Assembly: GCF_001194135.2 (NCBI RefSeq)
Contig: NC_068983.1
Location: forward strand, 93,016,903 to 93,080,902
DNA from: Octopus bimaculoides
Taxonomy: Eukaryota
Direction of reading: 5' to 3'
Length of the DNA: 64,000 nucleotides
Below, piece after piece: positions 40,217-53,687 of this stretch. Position 1 is the stretch's first letter; each line of letters opens with the position of its first letter. Position numbers and translations under genes: made by a program. The notes under the pieces were generated by a model. It did not search any database. It was not told the origin of the DNA and was given only the letters and a program-made list of their open reading frames with translations.

Positions 40217-40332
40217 ATTTGTGTAGCTAGAGGACACACACACACACACACACACCACTTTTGGGTCTACTGTAGGCAATATGTATTTTTTGTGGAGGCC
40301 TGAGGGCAGCACACACTCTAGCTATGCTAGTG
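40217..40332. mobile_element. Second copy of the 4910-5040 MITE, opposite orientation
   Basis: Right end rc CACTAGCATAGCTAGAGTGTGTGCTGCCCTCAGG nearly equals 4910 CACTAGCATAGCTAGAGTGTGTGCCACCCCTGG; left TIR decayed. Confidence 0.6.
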
Positions 40333-40479
40333 CCTGGCTTCATCAAACATTGAGTCTGAGAAACACAGACCAGTACTCAAGATCACTGCTAACAACAAAG
40401 GATCCAAGGTGGCTACCTCTGACACCTCTACATGTGTCATATTAGTGGCCACTGCCATCACCCTACTGGTCACACCAGT

Positions 40480-41600
40480 ATTCCTGCTGAATATCAGGGG
40501 CCCTGTAACATCCCACCAATGTAAAACCCAATAGCTGAGAGACTTAGTGACATGTAATCAAGCAATATACATGGCATGAACAGAAACACTTCTGGATGCT
40601 AACATATCAGATACACTTACCAAAATATATTACCAACAGGACAGAAAGGATTAATCTACATCGAGGAAGATGTCATGCCTGCAGTCCTGCTGTTACACTC
40701 AAAGTCAGTCAGTGACACTCTGTTGATAAACATTAAATGAATGAAAATGGTAATATTACATGTCACTCACCAGATGCTCTAAATCATAGGGACTCTTTTG
40801 AAAAGAGCCTCGAAAAGAAGGAAGAAATATTAACCAGCCTAGATGACAGCCTTCACATACTTCTTCAAGAAGACTTCAACCTCTCTAATGTCATATGAAG
40901 TCAAGTCTCTGCACGATCTCATAAACATATTCTTTATGGTGGAAACAGTGCTCCACCCAACAAGTAAAAATGTTCTGGACCTCTGCTTCACAAATAATGC
41001 AGTGCTCATCCATAATGTTAAGGTGGCACCAATGATTTTCTTGGACCATAACTTAAAAGTACTAACAATGCATGTTCTACAGAAAACTGCAGACATGCAG
41101 GCAACTAGAAGCACTCAACTACTCTCCAGCTTGAAATTTCATAAAACTGATTGAAAGGGTATTCAGAAAGAGGTCATAGAACAAAACTGGTCTAATAGTC
41201 TCTCTACACAAGATATTGACATAGGGCTGCAGTACTTTATGACAATCATGCATGATATATGCAATAAATTGGCTCCAAAGAGAATGATCAAACCAACAGA
41301 AAAATATAATTCCCAGGGATAGGAGGATTCTAATGGGATGACAAGCAAAAATCTCAAACTGTCTAAAAGGGCCACTAAAGGATAGCAAAAGAGCCTACCT
41401 CAGCAAACAATCCCATAGAGGATAAGTGAAACACAGAGTGCAGTACAAAAATGTTTTCACAACTCTGCTGGGACACTTGCAAATAGTTATGTCTAATGAG
41501 TTCTTCAGCATCACAGCTCTACACAAGGAGATAGCAATTATTGATAATATCAAAATAGAGGAAACTGGTGTAATATATGATATGAACAAATGCGAGCATG
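40480..41600 (+). mobile_element. CR1-clade LINE ORF2, APE part (degenerate)
   Basis: LLNIRG...TET-L (APE N-terminus, ~40485) and VLHPTSKNVLDLCFTNN...IFLDHNL (APE C-terminus, ORF 40843-41154). Confidence 0.7.
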
Positions 41601-42070
41601 AAAAGTAATATTTTTAAGATTATAAACCTGGAAAAGTACAGGACATGTTATTACACCTGGAAAAGTATAGGACAAGCTATTACTTCAAGTAAAGTAAAGA
41701 ATAAGAAACTTTTTACTTAAAATATTGCAGCAAAGAATGCCAGTTCTTCTAATTTATCATTCTTAGTTCTCATCTTTTAAATTTATTGTGCAAATCTGTT
41801 CTGCTAATTCATAAGTTTGTCTAATTAGTCACTTTTTTCTGTATTTAAGGTAGTAAAGTAGCCAAATTTTATTTAAGTATAGTGTTATTTGTAAACTATA
41901 ATAAAATAAGTTTTAATATTCAAATTTTAATTTTAGCTGCAGTATTTTAAGTAAAAAGTTTCTTATTCTTTACTTTACTAGAAGTAATAGCTTGTTCTAT
42001 ACTTTTATAGGTGTAATAACTTGTCATGTACTTTTCCAGGTTTATAATCTTAAGAATATGATTTTTCATG
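41597..42070. mobile_element. Foldback/MITE with ~135-bp arms inserted in the CR1 remnant
   Basis: 41597-41731 is the inverted repeat of 41936-42070; each arm has an internal ~29-bp tandem duplication (CCTGGAAAAGTA-AGGACA). Confidence 0.7.
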
Positions 42071-43479
42071 CTTACATTTTTCCATGTAATCCATGATTTT
42101 TTCCAGGCATTGCTGTTATAAGATAATTACTAATGTGTCAATTAATAATTTAAGATTTTAACTTATAAAATACTGAACGATAAGATTTCAATTTTTCCAT
42201 GTAAGTGATGATAATATTTCAATTTTTTTCATGTTTAATTTAAATATATGTGGTGATTGAATTATTTAATATTACCCCACACAAAATTAATGGCAGGGAA
42301 TTTCACCATCTTGTTGGTTGCACCATGGCTCACCAAAAGTTACAAACAAGAAGACCCAAAAACCATCAGTTACCAGGCTCACCTTAAGTAACTAAGATTT
42401 TGAGTTGGGGATAATAACACTGACTGCTGCTAATCTAGATTTATCAATAATTATTCAATACAACAGTAATTATAAAAGCATATCAGATATACACAAGTTA
42501 AAATTACCTACATCCCATTAATATAAATTTGATTTATGAAAAATCCCTTTGAATTAATTTTGGAATTTAAAAACTAAATTTAGAATATAAGCACTTTTAA
42601 CCAATGCCTTTTCTGGACAGCCTTACTACATGCCTTCAGGTCTGCTCATAGAGACACAGCCAAAAATGACTATATTCCTGCCTCAATAAATTTAGATGCA
42701 CATATCTGAAGCATATAACACATTAATGAACTAGCCTGATTAAATAATTAATTAAAAAGAAAAGGAAAGCAACTGAAAAGGAAAAATAAAAAAAGCAGAA
42801 AGCAAGTTAATCAAAGATGAAAGAGAAAATTAATAATAAAAGTTAAACTTACTCTAATTCAACAGCATATTAAAAATAAGTTTATTAAATACTTAATTAA
42901 AAAAATAAAATATACGAAAGGTAAAGTTGACCTCAGTGGAATTTGAACTCAGAACGAAAAGACAGATGAAATACCCTTAAGCATTTCGCCTGGCACGCTA
43001 AAGTTTCTGCTAACTCACCGCGTTAGAATGTAAACATTCATTTTTGAAATATATTCTCATCTTAACATTATAGCATGGGGCATTACTTCTTACTTACTGA
43101 CAGTAAATTTCATCACATTTCACCAAATAACTTTTTTTCTAGTAATTGTTCAATGTGACTAATGAATCTGAATTCCTCATGCATTTTCTATTATTTAACC
43201 CTAAAGAAAGTATATTTTTTAATTTTAAAATAAAAAAAACATTATGTTAATTGAAGGTGAATAGGTGCCTTACTGTCCCCTCTGAGGTCATAGATATTTT
43301 GATGTAACTTTTTTTCTACTGAACTAAATCTCAAACTATTTATGCCAAAGTGTAACTGAGGAAATGTCCTCTTTAAAACTGTTAACAGTTTGCAATTTAG
43401 TTGAGAACTGAATTAGTGGTGAAGCTTGGAAGCTGCTGCGATTGACGAAATGGTGGACTTAATATATTCAACTACTACC

Positions 43480-44560
43480 ATGATTGAATGATTAGCCATT
43501 GATGAAATAAGCTTAAACTCAATCACAGACCTAGATGGATTCCCAGTAATTTTAAAGAAATACAAAGGGACTCTAACAAGACCACTATAGATCCTCTTTC
43601 AAAGCTTGCTTACAACCAGGAGACTATCCAGAAAGTTGAAGGAAAACATAATGTCCTATCCACAAAGGAGATAGTAGAACTGTCTTGAGGCCACTGCTGT
43701 TTATGATGGTTCTTTCAGACATGCTATCAGTTACACAGAGCCAAACTTACTAACTATGCTGATGACACAAAAGTAGTACAAGCAGTCAAAAAACCTTTTG
43801 ATATTAATCTTTTACAGAAAGACCTAGATACCGTATATAAATGGGCTGAAGAGAGCAACATGCAGTTTAATGCAAGATAATTCCAAGCTGTCCACTATCA
43901 GCGAGCTTGTGCTTACATGCCACAACAATAATACTTTGAACCAAAAGGAGTAGCAATTTCAGAGACAAGTGCAGTGATTGATCTAGAGGTTGATATGAGC
44001 AACAATGCCTTATTTTATGTACCTATCACCAAAATGGTGGCAGTGTGTAGGTGAATGGCTGGATGGATTCTGAGAATTTTCACAAGGACCCAGGAAACTA
44101 TGTTGGTTCTATGGAGGACATTTGTATTCAGCCATTTGGACTACTGCTCTCAACTGTGGTCACCTCACAATGTCAGATTTATAGCAGAGTTTGAAGCAGT
44201 TCAGTGGTGCTACACCAGGAAGATTGCATCAATGGAACAACTGGGGTACTGGGGTAGACTGAAAGAGCTATTACTACTGCTTGGAGCAAAGACAGGAGAG
44301 ATATGCAGTGATATACATATGGAAGATTATGGAAGTTGACACCAAACTTAGTCATCGAGAGCTATACTAGCCCTTGAACTGGCAGTCACTGCACTGTTCC
44401 AAAGGTTCCAGCTATCCTGTTTAGAGTGAGGACCATGTATTGTAATAGCATGGGATTCAAGGGCTCATAGTTATTTAATACCTTACCAAAGCATCTGAAA
44501 GATCTACATGGGGTAGGGGTAGATCTTTTTAAGAAACAACTTGACCTCCTATTGTCCAAA
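43480..44560 (+). mobile_element. CR1-clade LINE ORF2, RT/C-terminal part (degenerate)
   Basis: YADDTKVVQAV...LQKDLDTVYKWAEESNMQFN; GWILRIF...SHLDYCSQLWSPH...EAVQ..YTRKI..M..LGYWGRLKEL. Confidence 0.82.
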
Positions 44561-45968
44561 GTCTCATGGCAAGACACTTAAATTTTCTCTTGTAGTAAAG
44601 ACACCATATCTGCCCAGTGTTACCCCGTTGGATTCCCAGATGCAGTATTTCTAGCTATTTATCTGTTATCAAAGTGAAATACCAACAAAAGCTAACTCTT
44701 GGCAGATCCTTTTCTCCATGCTAACAGTAGCAAATTTGCCTTTAGAAGTTGAAATGTGTCATAAACATATTTTAACTAACCTAATGTTTGCTTATGCTTA
44801 AATATTGCTTGGCACTGATACTACTGAAGTTCTCTTGACCTGGTGGTTGAATACTGCAACTTGGTCAATGTTGTTGACTGTGTTTTAATTAATGCTGTGG
44901 CTTTAAATTTGCCCAGAGTTACCCCTGTTCAGTATTTCCCATTGATAATGGCTAACGAGCTAGAAATGGGGTGCCTTAACACACACACACACATAATTTT
45001 CTCATTTAGATGTTTCAGTCAGAGGATTGTAGCCACGTTGGGGCAACACCATGATAGGTTTTAATAAAATGAATCAACCCCAGAACTCATTTTTGCTGAA
45101 CCATTATGTTATGGGGACATAAACAAACCAACAATTATCAAGTGGTGGTGGTGGGACAAACACAAACTCACACACAAATATATATGTAATTGAAAGTCTT
45201 TGCTGCAGACATACAGGTCACACATATATATATAAGAAAAATATGAAAATAACATCGAAAGTAAGATAAAACTTTTAAAAATCATTATCTGTTTCTGGTG
45301 GGTGTTAGCTGTCTTGAGTTGGCTCTCAAAATATAAAGTTTGCTGGGGTATCAATTGCCTCGCCTTCAGGTCAACTTCTAATAGATATATAGGGCAATTG
45401 CCAAGACATAAGTATGTCTTAGGCATGTTATGACCTGGTGGAGCTATCTACCCGCCAGATTTGATCGTGGTTGATTTTCAGAGAGAGAGGGAGGGGTCAA
45501 CCCCAATACTGGACTGGTACTTCATTTATCTATCTCAAAGGGATAGAAACGAAGTTGATTTTGGCAGGAGTTGGGTCTAAAGTGTAGAGAGTGGGAATGG
45601 ATATCACAAAGCATTTACTTAGCTAGTTTGCTGCCTTAAGGCACTGGTTACAAGCTGGGGGAGTAGAGGATATAAAATTGTATTTCAGCCAATGAATAAT
45701 CCATGGGGTTGAAGCCTTATGCTATGTGTCAGTGGGTCTCTGGTGGGAATTTTTTATCCATCTGTACTTTATGATAAACCATGAATAGGTGTCTTGGGAA
45801 TCAACATATGATATCCCTTTGCCTGACATGAATGCTTTGAAGAAGTGTGAACTCTACTGTAAGTAGCTGTTGACTAAGATGTAGTATTAAAGTGGGTAAC
45901 ATATCAAACTGTAGATTATATAGTAATGGATTCAAATGTTACAGCTGCCATTGTGTTTATATGATTGG

Positions 45969-46137
45969 CAGAGCTGTCATGAGGCATGGACACACGAGGC
46001 AGTTGGCCTGGTGCCTCACAAATCTAGAGGCTCAATTCTAATTGGTATATGTTGTGGACTGCAGTCAATAAATTAATACAATAGGGCCCAGTACAATGAA
46101 CTGCTCAGGCACCTGTAGTGCTGCTAAGACAGCTCCG
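45969..46137. mobile_element. 169-bp hAT-like MITE
   Basis: TIRs CAGAGCTGTCATGAG / rc CGGAGCTGTCTTAG; 8-bp flanks ATGATTGG / ACCATTGG (6/8). Confidence 0.55.
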
Positions 46138-48341
46138 ACCATTGGATAATGCACAGAAATATGCTTATTTTAACTTTTCAGTGGCACAAGAAAGGTAACT
46201 AACAGTAAACAAAAACATATATATATATAAAAAAATATTTGGATTTATGGAAATAACAATACTTGTGAAAATCAATTATTATGGCATGGAGAAGCATAAA
46301 ATAAATATGTATGCCTAAATGTGTATATTTAAATATGTATAAGTATGCTCTAAAAATATGTTTTATATTTCTGTTAGTACATACAGTTTGATGCTGACTG
46401 TATGTTTGATACTGATAATTGTAACAAGAAGAACAATTCCATCGAAAAAATTGTGATAGGTGAAACCAATAATCATAATCCTTGAAACAAGGAACAAAAG
46501 AGCATTTCTAGAAGCCCTGCCATTTTTAGGTATCAACAAATAACTGAGATTATAGACTATTCTTGTTAGGATACTTTTATCACATACAATGTCATAAAGA
46601 AACACAGTTGGATATTGGTTTATGACAATTTTCTGTGATTTATCAAGGATTCACAGAATTGACAGAAAGTGTTCATGCATGAAAATGCAACATTTATGCA
46701 TTCCTGCTTTGTTAACAAAACAGATAAGAAATCACAAGACTACAGAGCATAGACTTTATAATTCCTTCTTTATTGCTTCAAAAGACCATATCTTCCTTTT
46801 GGATGTGGCCTCATGTAACCAAATGCTCTTCAACTTATAGATCAATAAGTAACAATTCAAATAATTTTTACAAACAATTTTGAAAGTTCAAAATCTATTT
46901 GTGTATTCTCGGAACATGGCTTAGTCAGTGTATGTTTCCCAAACATAAGAAATATAGTCAATATGAAGGATTATTGGAAACTGTTTTCTTTCAAAGTGAA
47001 TAATTACAAGCTCTTCATATCTAAATACCATGTCAGAATTCTAGATTTGTACAGAAAGAAAAGGATTTACACAATTTTCCTGATAAGTAGCAATATGAAA
47101 TTATAAAATTTTATGGCTGATAACCTCTAACACATCTTTCTTGAAGAATATAATTAAGAAACATTTTCCCATTATTGCTTTCAGGTAATTGAAATTCAAA
47201 AGAAGAAAAACGTATCAGTAATGTAAGTTAGAATACGAAAGAATTGTGAGGTTGATGTTGCCTGAAGCTAACATGGTGACAAAACTATTCAATGGAGAGA
47301 ATTGTAAAGATTCTAAATCAAATTTAATTTGACTGAATTATAAACAGTTTATTAAAATTTGACTTTGGTAATTACAGCCATAATTTCCTCCAAATCAATC
47401 TTTTAAAGATGTTCTACAGCTTTTCACCCAAGGAAGAAATTTTTAGCAGCATAATTATGAAAAAACATCAATTACAAACTATATAAAGGCAGGCCAGTTA
47501 ATGATTTCCTTTAAAAATGATATCTTAATTACTTTCTGTGGTTTCAGTTTCTAACTAATATATTTTGAAGAGTTGAGCTTTTGTAGCTCAGCAGTAGTTA
47601 TAGATGGTTGCCCACAAGTTTGCATCATACATGGAACTGTACATTAAAAAAATAATAACCAATTGCCAATGAACTAAACAAATTACCACCAAATAACACA
47701 GTGCATTTAACAAGAATTAGAGTTTAGAAATTACAATGTTAAAAATGAAGAATTCCGCTAAAATCTGAAATCAATAAAGTTGTTCAGCAGTTTACAGTTC
47801 TGAGTATGAATTTGATCATGGTTTTCTGAGCTCTTCAAACTCTTTAGAACAAAGTCCATAGATATACTGAGATAAATAGTCAAATGATAAATGACATCTG
47901 CTGAGTTTATTTTCTTGGTAAACTCTAGCCATTAAAAAGATTCCCTTTACATCATGATACTACATGATCATACATAATTGGGGCTACTTAGAACGAACAA
48001 TTTTAATCAATTTGAGATTTAGTAAGATTGTCAGTAATATTGTTTTCTGAAAAAATGTAGGTTTAGAATGGAAAATAATTTCATATTGGAAGCAATTTAC
48101 GTGTGAATTTTACTTTTCTGTTCATAATATTATGAAAAATTCAAGAAAGAGAGAACTGCAAGACATTCTGAAATTATCATGAGCAAAGGCACAATGATTA
48201 AATCCTTGCTCTTATTTTTGCCACATAGTACAGTTAAACATTATAAGGTAAACAGCTTTTTTTTTTTTTACCCTGAGGTGAAATCCTAGATAGAAAGAAG
48301 TTACATTTTGGAAAGTTTTATCCAATTTTTTAATTATTTTT

Positions 48342-48506
48342 TGAATGCCTGCATCAAATGAGAATTGGATAAAAACTTATATACAAAATGAATAAGAATA
48401 ATGATTTACAAAATTTTTATTATTGTTTGAATGCCGGCATTAAATGGGAATTGGATAAAACCTTATATACAAAATGAATAAGAATAATGATTTACAAAAT
48501 TTTGCT
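48342..48506. repeat. Local tandem duplication (~87-bp period, 2 copies)
   Basis: TGAATGCC-GCAT-AAATG-GAATTGGATAAAA-CTTATATACAAAATGAATAAGAATAATGATTTACAAAATTTT occurs twice. Confidence 0.85.
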
Positions 48507-48848
48507 AATAGGATTTTAAACAGGTTACTTGTAACTGATGTAGAGGTTTTAGGTAGTTGGTCAATAACAAAACAAACTAAAATATTGATACCCAGCAAAC
48601 CTTGCTTGATATATAATGATAGGATTGGAAGAGTCAACTGAGCATTAAACAAAATGACATGCGGTATTTAGTTATGATCTTTTATATTCTCAGTTCAGTT
48701 CCTGTTGAGGTCAGCTAAGTGTTTCATCCTTCTGGAATTAATAAAATAAATCACCAGTCAAATACATTGACTCTCCCTTTCCCCCAATATTGTGGCCTAG
48801 TGTCTCTGTCAGAAATTGACATAAAATGATATTTAAGGTAAGACTTAC

Positions 48849-48983
48849 CATCTTCTATTTTCAATGAGCAGTCTATAGTAAATGGTCTCAGAGGTCCAGA
48901 ACCATCAAGATCAACTGTAATTACTTTCGATCTTTCATTCTGAGAATGTATCTTGAAATAATGGCATGACAAGTAATGTTCGG
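48849..48983 (-). CDS. Nrx-IV: Neurexin IV/Caspr-like exon (4th found): start of fibrinogen-like region, (S)EHYLSCHYFKIHSQNERSKVITVDLDGSGPLRPFTIDCSLKIED(G)
   Basis: Acceptor ttttacAG, donor GTaagt; 135 nt, phase 1-1; hallmark DxDGSGPLxPF motif of Caspr/Nrx-IV. Confidence 0.92.
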
Positions 48984-50199
48984 CTGTAAAAAGAAATCAT
49001 AAAGAAAATGATAAAAAACTGAAAAATATGGAAGAATAAATAGGAGAATTAACCCTAAGACTATTATTTTTTGCTGAGACATTTGAATACAACTTAATAA
49101 ATTGTATCACTATGGTCTTTAAAATATAAGCAAGTTCTGATTTATTTATTTATTTTTGTTCTCTTTTGCTGACTTGGTGGAAAGTAAAAATATACAGCGA
49201 GAAAAAATAATAGGCTTTGTATCAATAAAGTTAGTCATCTCAAACAAAAATGCAAAAAGTATTTGTAATGATAATATTTGGAAACAGCTGTGATAAAACT
49301 CCATTTCTCTAGTTAAAAAATACAGTAATATAAAACTAGGGGGAAAAAATCTAAATATTACTGTAATTTATTTTCTGGAAATTTATAGGGAAACATGTTT
49401 TTAAAGTTGACTATCAAAGCAGAAGTGTTTTCAGAATATTTAGGAATGTTCTTATTTNNNNNNNNNNNNNNNNNNNNNNNNNNNNNNNNNNNNNNNNNNN
49501 NNNNNNNNNNNNNNNNNNNNNNNNNNNNNNNNNNNNNNNNNNNNNNNNNNNNNNNNNNNNNNNNNNNNNNNNNNNNNNNNNNNNNNNNNNNNNNNNNCTA
49601 ATTCTTTTGATTATTAGTGTTAACAGTTTTACTGCAATCACAAAGTAAAAACTTCACCAGCATAAAGTCTACTTGTTATATCCAAAACATATAAGGCTTA
49701 ATTATATGAAGAACTGGGAAGCCAGTTCATTCTTCATAGTAAAATATCTGAGAGTGAGAAGAAATATTAGTTCTCTTCCCAACCCAGAAATATCCCACAT
49801 TTTGCCTCTTTTACTCTGGTTAATACTGTCTACTGTAATACCAGTGGTTATTTCATATTTTGAAAATTGCACCAAAATTTAATTTCAAGTAGGTCTTTCA
49901 TAATGGAGAAACTGAAGTGCCAATGTCTTAAATCTTGGAGAAAGCACTTGGCTTTTTAATCAGTAAAGCAGAATGTCTGGGACCAGGCCAAAGTTGTTTA
50001 ACAAAAAGACTTTGATACTTGAGAATGAATGAAAGGATGGATGGATGCATGCATGTATTATAGTTATAAAATGACAAATTAAAAGTAAATATAAGTGTAT
50101 GTATTTAATGGCAACAATGACTTTAATGCAGTTGAATTAGTCCCAATACACGATCCCAAATCAACTCACCCGTCAAACAAGTACAACTCAAGAAAATAT

Positions 50200-50385
50200 A
50201 GTATTGTAGCAGATGTGGCTGTGTGGTAAGAAGCTTGCTTCTCAACCATGTGGTTCCGAGTTCAGTCCCACTGTGTGGCACCTTGAGCAAGGGTTTTCTA
50301 CTATAGACTTGGGTCAGCCAAAGCCTTGCAAGTGGATTTGGTAGATGGAAACACAAAGAAGCCTGTTATGTATGTATACATATAC

Positions 50386-50429
<44 letters not shown>

Positions 50430-50650
50430 CTTTGTGCCTGATTTTGTCCCCCTATCACTGCTTGACAACTGATGCCAATGTGTCTACGTACCCCATAACT
50501 TAGTATTCCAGCAAATGAAATTGATAGAATAAATACTAAGATTACAAAGAATAAGTTCTGGGGTTAATTTGTTTGACTAAAAACCCCTTCATGACAGTGC
50601 TCCAGCATGGCTGCAGTCAAATTACTGAAACAAGCAAAAGAATAAAAGAA
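50200..50650 (+). mobile_element. tRNA-derived SINE with TA/TG microsatellite core
   Basis: GATGTGGCTGTGTGGTAAGAAGCTTGCTTCTCAACCATGTGGTTCCGAGTTCAGTCCCACTG head; tail GCAGTCAAATTACTGAAACAAGCAAAAGAATAAAAGAATA. Confidence 0.8.
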
Positions 50651-50836
50651 TACAATATGGAGTTAAAATGCCAAAGTACAAAGCATATATTCCAAGAATG
50701 TTGGTATTGCAGTAATTTCCTGGTGAAGCCAACTTATTTCATTTTCATTTCAAATGTCTTTGAGAAAAGCATAGATATCACACTGCATCCTTAAAGTATA
50801 TGACATTTAAATTGGTATAAACTTTAAAATACTCAC

Positions 50837-50943
50837 AAATATGGCAAACTGCCCCTTTATAACCAGTATGGCTGCAGTCACAAGTGAATGTGTTCCAATC
50901 TTGCTTACATATACCTCCATTCTCACATGGATTTGGAGTACAT
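50837..50943 (-). CDS. Nrx-IV: Neurexin IV/Caspr-like exon (3rd found): EGF domain, (R)[35 protein letters not shown](S)
   Basis: Acceptor ctgatAG, donor GTgagt; 107 nt, phase 2-1; six-cysteine EGF pattern. Not shown in the ORF track. Confidence 0.93.
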
Positions 50944-51230
50944 CTATCAGACAGAAAAACAAAAAAGCCACAATGTCATGAACAACAAAAAATCTTAGAA
51001 ACCAAATTATCAAAATATTTTAATTATCCATATGAAATAATGCTACAAACAAAATGCTTCAACTTCATCTGACAATATTTCTTTACACATCTTCTCATCA
51101 CATCCTCAGAGTATCTCATTATTCTAACTTGTGTAAAACAACAATGACATCTTTACATCCCAATAATCTGAGCTCATTAAAATGTAGTGATTTGCTAAGT
51201 AGCTAAAAAGTGACAGTAAATTATACTTAC

Positions 51231-51366
51231 CTATTTCGAATAGCACAGTTTCCAATGGTAATTCCCACAGGCTTTGAACCTCTTGGCATTCCATCATCAA
51301 CTGGTAGGTTACCAATATCTAAATGCCTCATGCAACCGATAAACCCAAGATTTCCACCAAAACTAC
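51231..51366 (-). CDS. Nrx-IV: Neurexin IV/Caspr-like exon (2nd found): end of LamG domain, (G)SFGGNLGFIGCMRHLDIGNLPVDDGMPRGSKPVGITIGNCAIRN(R)
   Basis: Acceptor cttatAG, donor GTaagt; 136 nt, phase 1-2; LamG GFxGCM motif. Not shown in the ORF track. Confidence 0.92.
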
Positions 51367-51690
51367 CTATAAGACACAAAGATGTTATTGATTCTCTAAG
51401 AATTTTCTTCTTAAAAAAAAAAATAATAAATGAAGGTTTAATAATTTGTCAGAAAGTATAAATAAACTCTTATAAAATATAAATTGAGAGACTTAGCAAC
51501 TATATGAGGAGGGATTTTTTTGTCTTTATGTTTAATAATATTAAAACTATTGAAATTATATTTAACTGGGATTTACCGGATATTGACTTACTAGTATGAT
51601 GTTTAGCCAGTAACCATAATGTTATTGCTCCTGATACCACATGTAGGTTTTCTATTAAACAGTCTAATAGTTAAATAGTTAATAGTTTAA

Positions 51691-51914
51691 CCCTTTATTA
51701 TTCACATTATTCTGTCAAATGTTTTGCTTATTTATTCACATTGTCTTTTTATTAATCATGCTTCAATATATTGTGGCTTCAATATTTTGATGATGCAATT
51801 GTTTATTTTTAGAAGAACATTGTAGTGCAGGTGTGAGATGTTGGATCTGGCCAGTTTGAACATAAAAGTGGCAGAATATTTTGGGCAGATATGACTGGTT
51901 TAAATGCTAAAGGG
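51691..51914. mobile_element. piggyBac-type MITE (224 bp)
   Basis: TTAA-CCCTTT ... AAAGGG-TTAA (TTAA at 51687-51690 and 51915-51918). Confidence 0.75.
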
Positions 51915-52077
51915 TTAAGGAGAAGAGACAATGTTCATGAGCTTCCAGACTTTTTCGAGTCTAGTGACAGACAAAATTGATGTTCAGTTCAAACTTCATA
52001 AGGTCAATAGTTCTGGGAATTATATAAGCAGAGGAAGAATGCAAGAAAGTTGCAACAGGCAAACCACTTCTGTAACT

Positions 52078-52640
52078 CAACATCATTTACCATCTACTTT
52101 CCATGCTGGCATGGGTTGGATGGCTTGACATGGAGCTGGCTAGCAGGGAGTTGTTCAGACTCCAACTGTCTGTTGTGGCATGGTTTCTATGCCTGGATGT
52201 CCTTCCTAATGCTAACCATTTAACAGAATGTGCTGGGTGCTTTTTACATGTCACCAGCATGGGCGCATTAATGTAGCACCAGCATGAGTGCTTTTTAACT
52301 GGCATTGGCTGAAAGGACAAGCCTGTACATGTGGAAGACAGCAATTTTACTTAGCTTGATGTATGGAAAAATAAACGTTAAATAATGGACAATGGAGTGT
52401 GTGAGTGTGCATGTATATATATATCATCATCATCAGTTAACATCTATATTACATGCTGACATGAGCTGGATTGTCTGACAGGGTCTGCTGAATCCAAGAA
52501 ATGCATTGTGCTTTGGCATGGTTTCTACAGCTGGAAACCCTTTCTTACACTAAGCACTTTATAGTGTGTACTTGGTGATTTTTTTTTATGGCACCAGCAC
52601 CAATGAGGTTGCCATGCAGCTTGTAAGACTAAAATCTTCT
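52078..52640 (-). mobile_element. Two tandem RTE-type 3' tail fragments
   Basis: CATCATTT..TTCCATGCTGGCATGGGTTGGA..GGATGTCCTTCCTAATGC and CATCATCAT..CATGCTGACATG..TTTCTACAGCTGGAAACCCTTTC. Confidence 0.7.
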
Positions 52641-52915
52641 TTGACTGAGTGGTGGGAGATGACTCTATGCTAGGAAAAGAAAGAAGGCACCAGAACAGAA
52701 CAAGTTTCTTACTGTAGAGAAGTTACATGGCTATTTCCATTATAGAAGAGTGGTGAGAGTAATTGGAGCAGAGTTGGAAAGAGGTAAAATATTGCAGATG
52801 AAGTATTAGGGTATGAAATGAGTAGAAATGAGTGGAGACAGGAGAACAGAGAGTACAGGTGGGTAGAGGTTGTAAGGGTGGATGAGAAAATGAGACATGA
52901 GAAGTGGGTTAGGGG

Positions 52916-52959
<44 letters not shown>

Positions 52960-52960
<1 letters not shown>

Positions 52961-53300
52961 GGAGCATGGCTCAATGGTTAGAGCACTGGGCTCAAAATCA
53001 TGAGGTAGCGAGTTCAATTCCTGGAGTGGGCTGTGTGTTGTGTTCTTGAGCAAGACACTCTATTTCACGTTGTTCCAGTTCACTCAGCTGTAAAAATGAG
53101 TTGTGATGTCACCAGTGCCAAGCTGTATTGGCCTTTGCCTTTCTCTTGGATAATATCAGTGGTGTGGAGAGGGGAGACTGGTATGCATGGGTGACTGCTG
53201 GGTTTCCATAAAACAACCTTTCCTGGACTTGTGCCTTGGAGGGAAACTTTCTAGGTGCAATCCCATGGTCATTCATGACCGAAGGGGGTCTTTTACCCTT
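52960..53300 (+). mobile_element. tRNA-derived SINE (third family)
   Basis: GGAGCATGGCTCAATGGTTAGAGCACTGGGCTC..GGTAGCGAGTTCAATTCCTGG: clear A and B boxes followed by a non-tRNA body. Confidence 0.75.
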
Positions 53301-53499
53301 GATATATATATACACATATAATGTACAATATATGGACTTATATAAGCCGGTGGAAATCACAAAAAAGCTACATTAGTGGACCCAGCTACATACCACATAG
53401 TAAAACAATACATAAGAGTAATGTAGAGGCTTATGCAGTTGAAATCCAATAAATCCAAACAGTGGAGATTATTTCATGAGGGGTATATAGAATATAAAG

Positions 53500-53687
53500 A
53501 AAGTCAGGAGCTACGAGATGAATATATTTATTTCACCAGTTGATATTCATAGGATGACAGCCATTTTGCAGCCAATACTATGCAAAAATAATTTATCATT
53601 TTTGCATTATGTTGGCTGCGAAATGGCCGTTGTCCTATGGATATCAACTGATGAAATAAATATATTCATCTCATACCTCCTGACTTT
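53500..53687. repeat. Long hairpin palindrome (~90-bp arms, ~8-nt loop)
   Basis: 53500-53589 versus rc of 53598-53687; about 11 mismatches, mostly transitions (manual count). Confidence 0.85.

Noticed and set aside
46363-46605. 80-aa minus-strand ORF inside the large intron, as a possible extra Nrx-IV exon
   Set aside because: No domain motif, and the EDG|VDV junction already appears continuous without it.
52960-53035. tRNA gene
   Set aside because: A/B boxes are present, but no complete cloverleaf or acceptor stem is evident, and it continues into a SINE body.
53615-53665. GAAATGGCCGTT...CTGATGA as a hammerhead in the 53500 hairpin
   Set aside because: The core halves are in an order and context with no stem I or stem II pairing that I could find.
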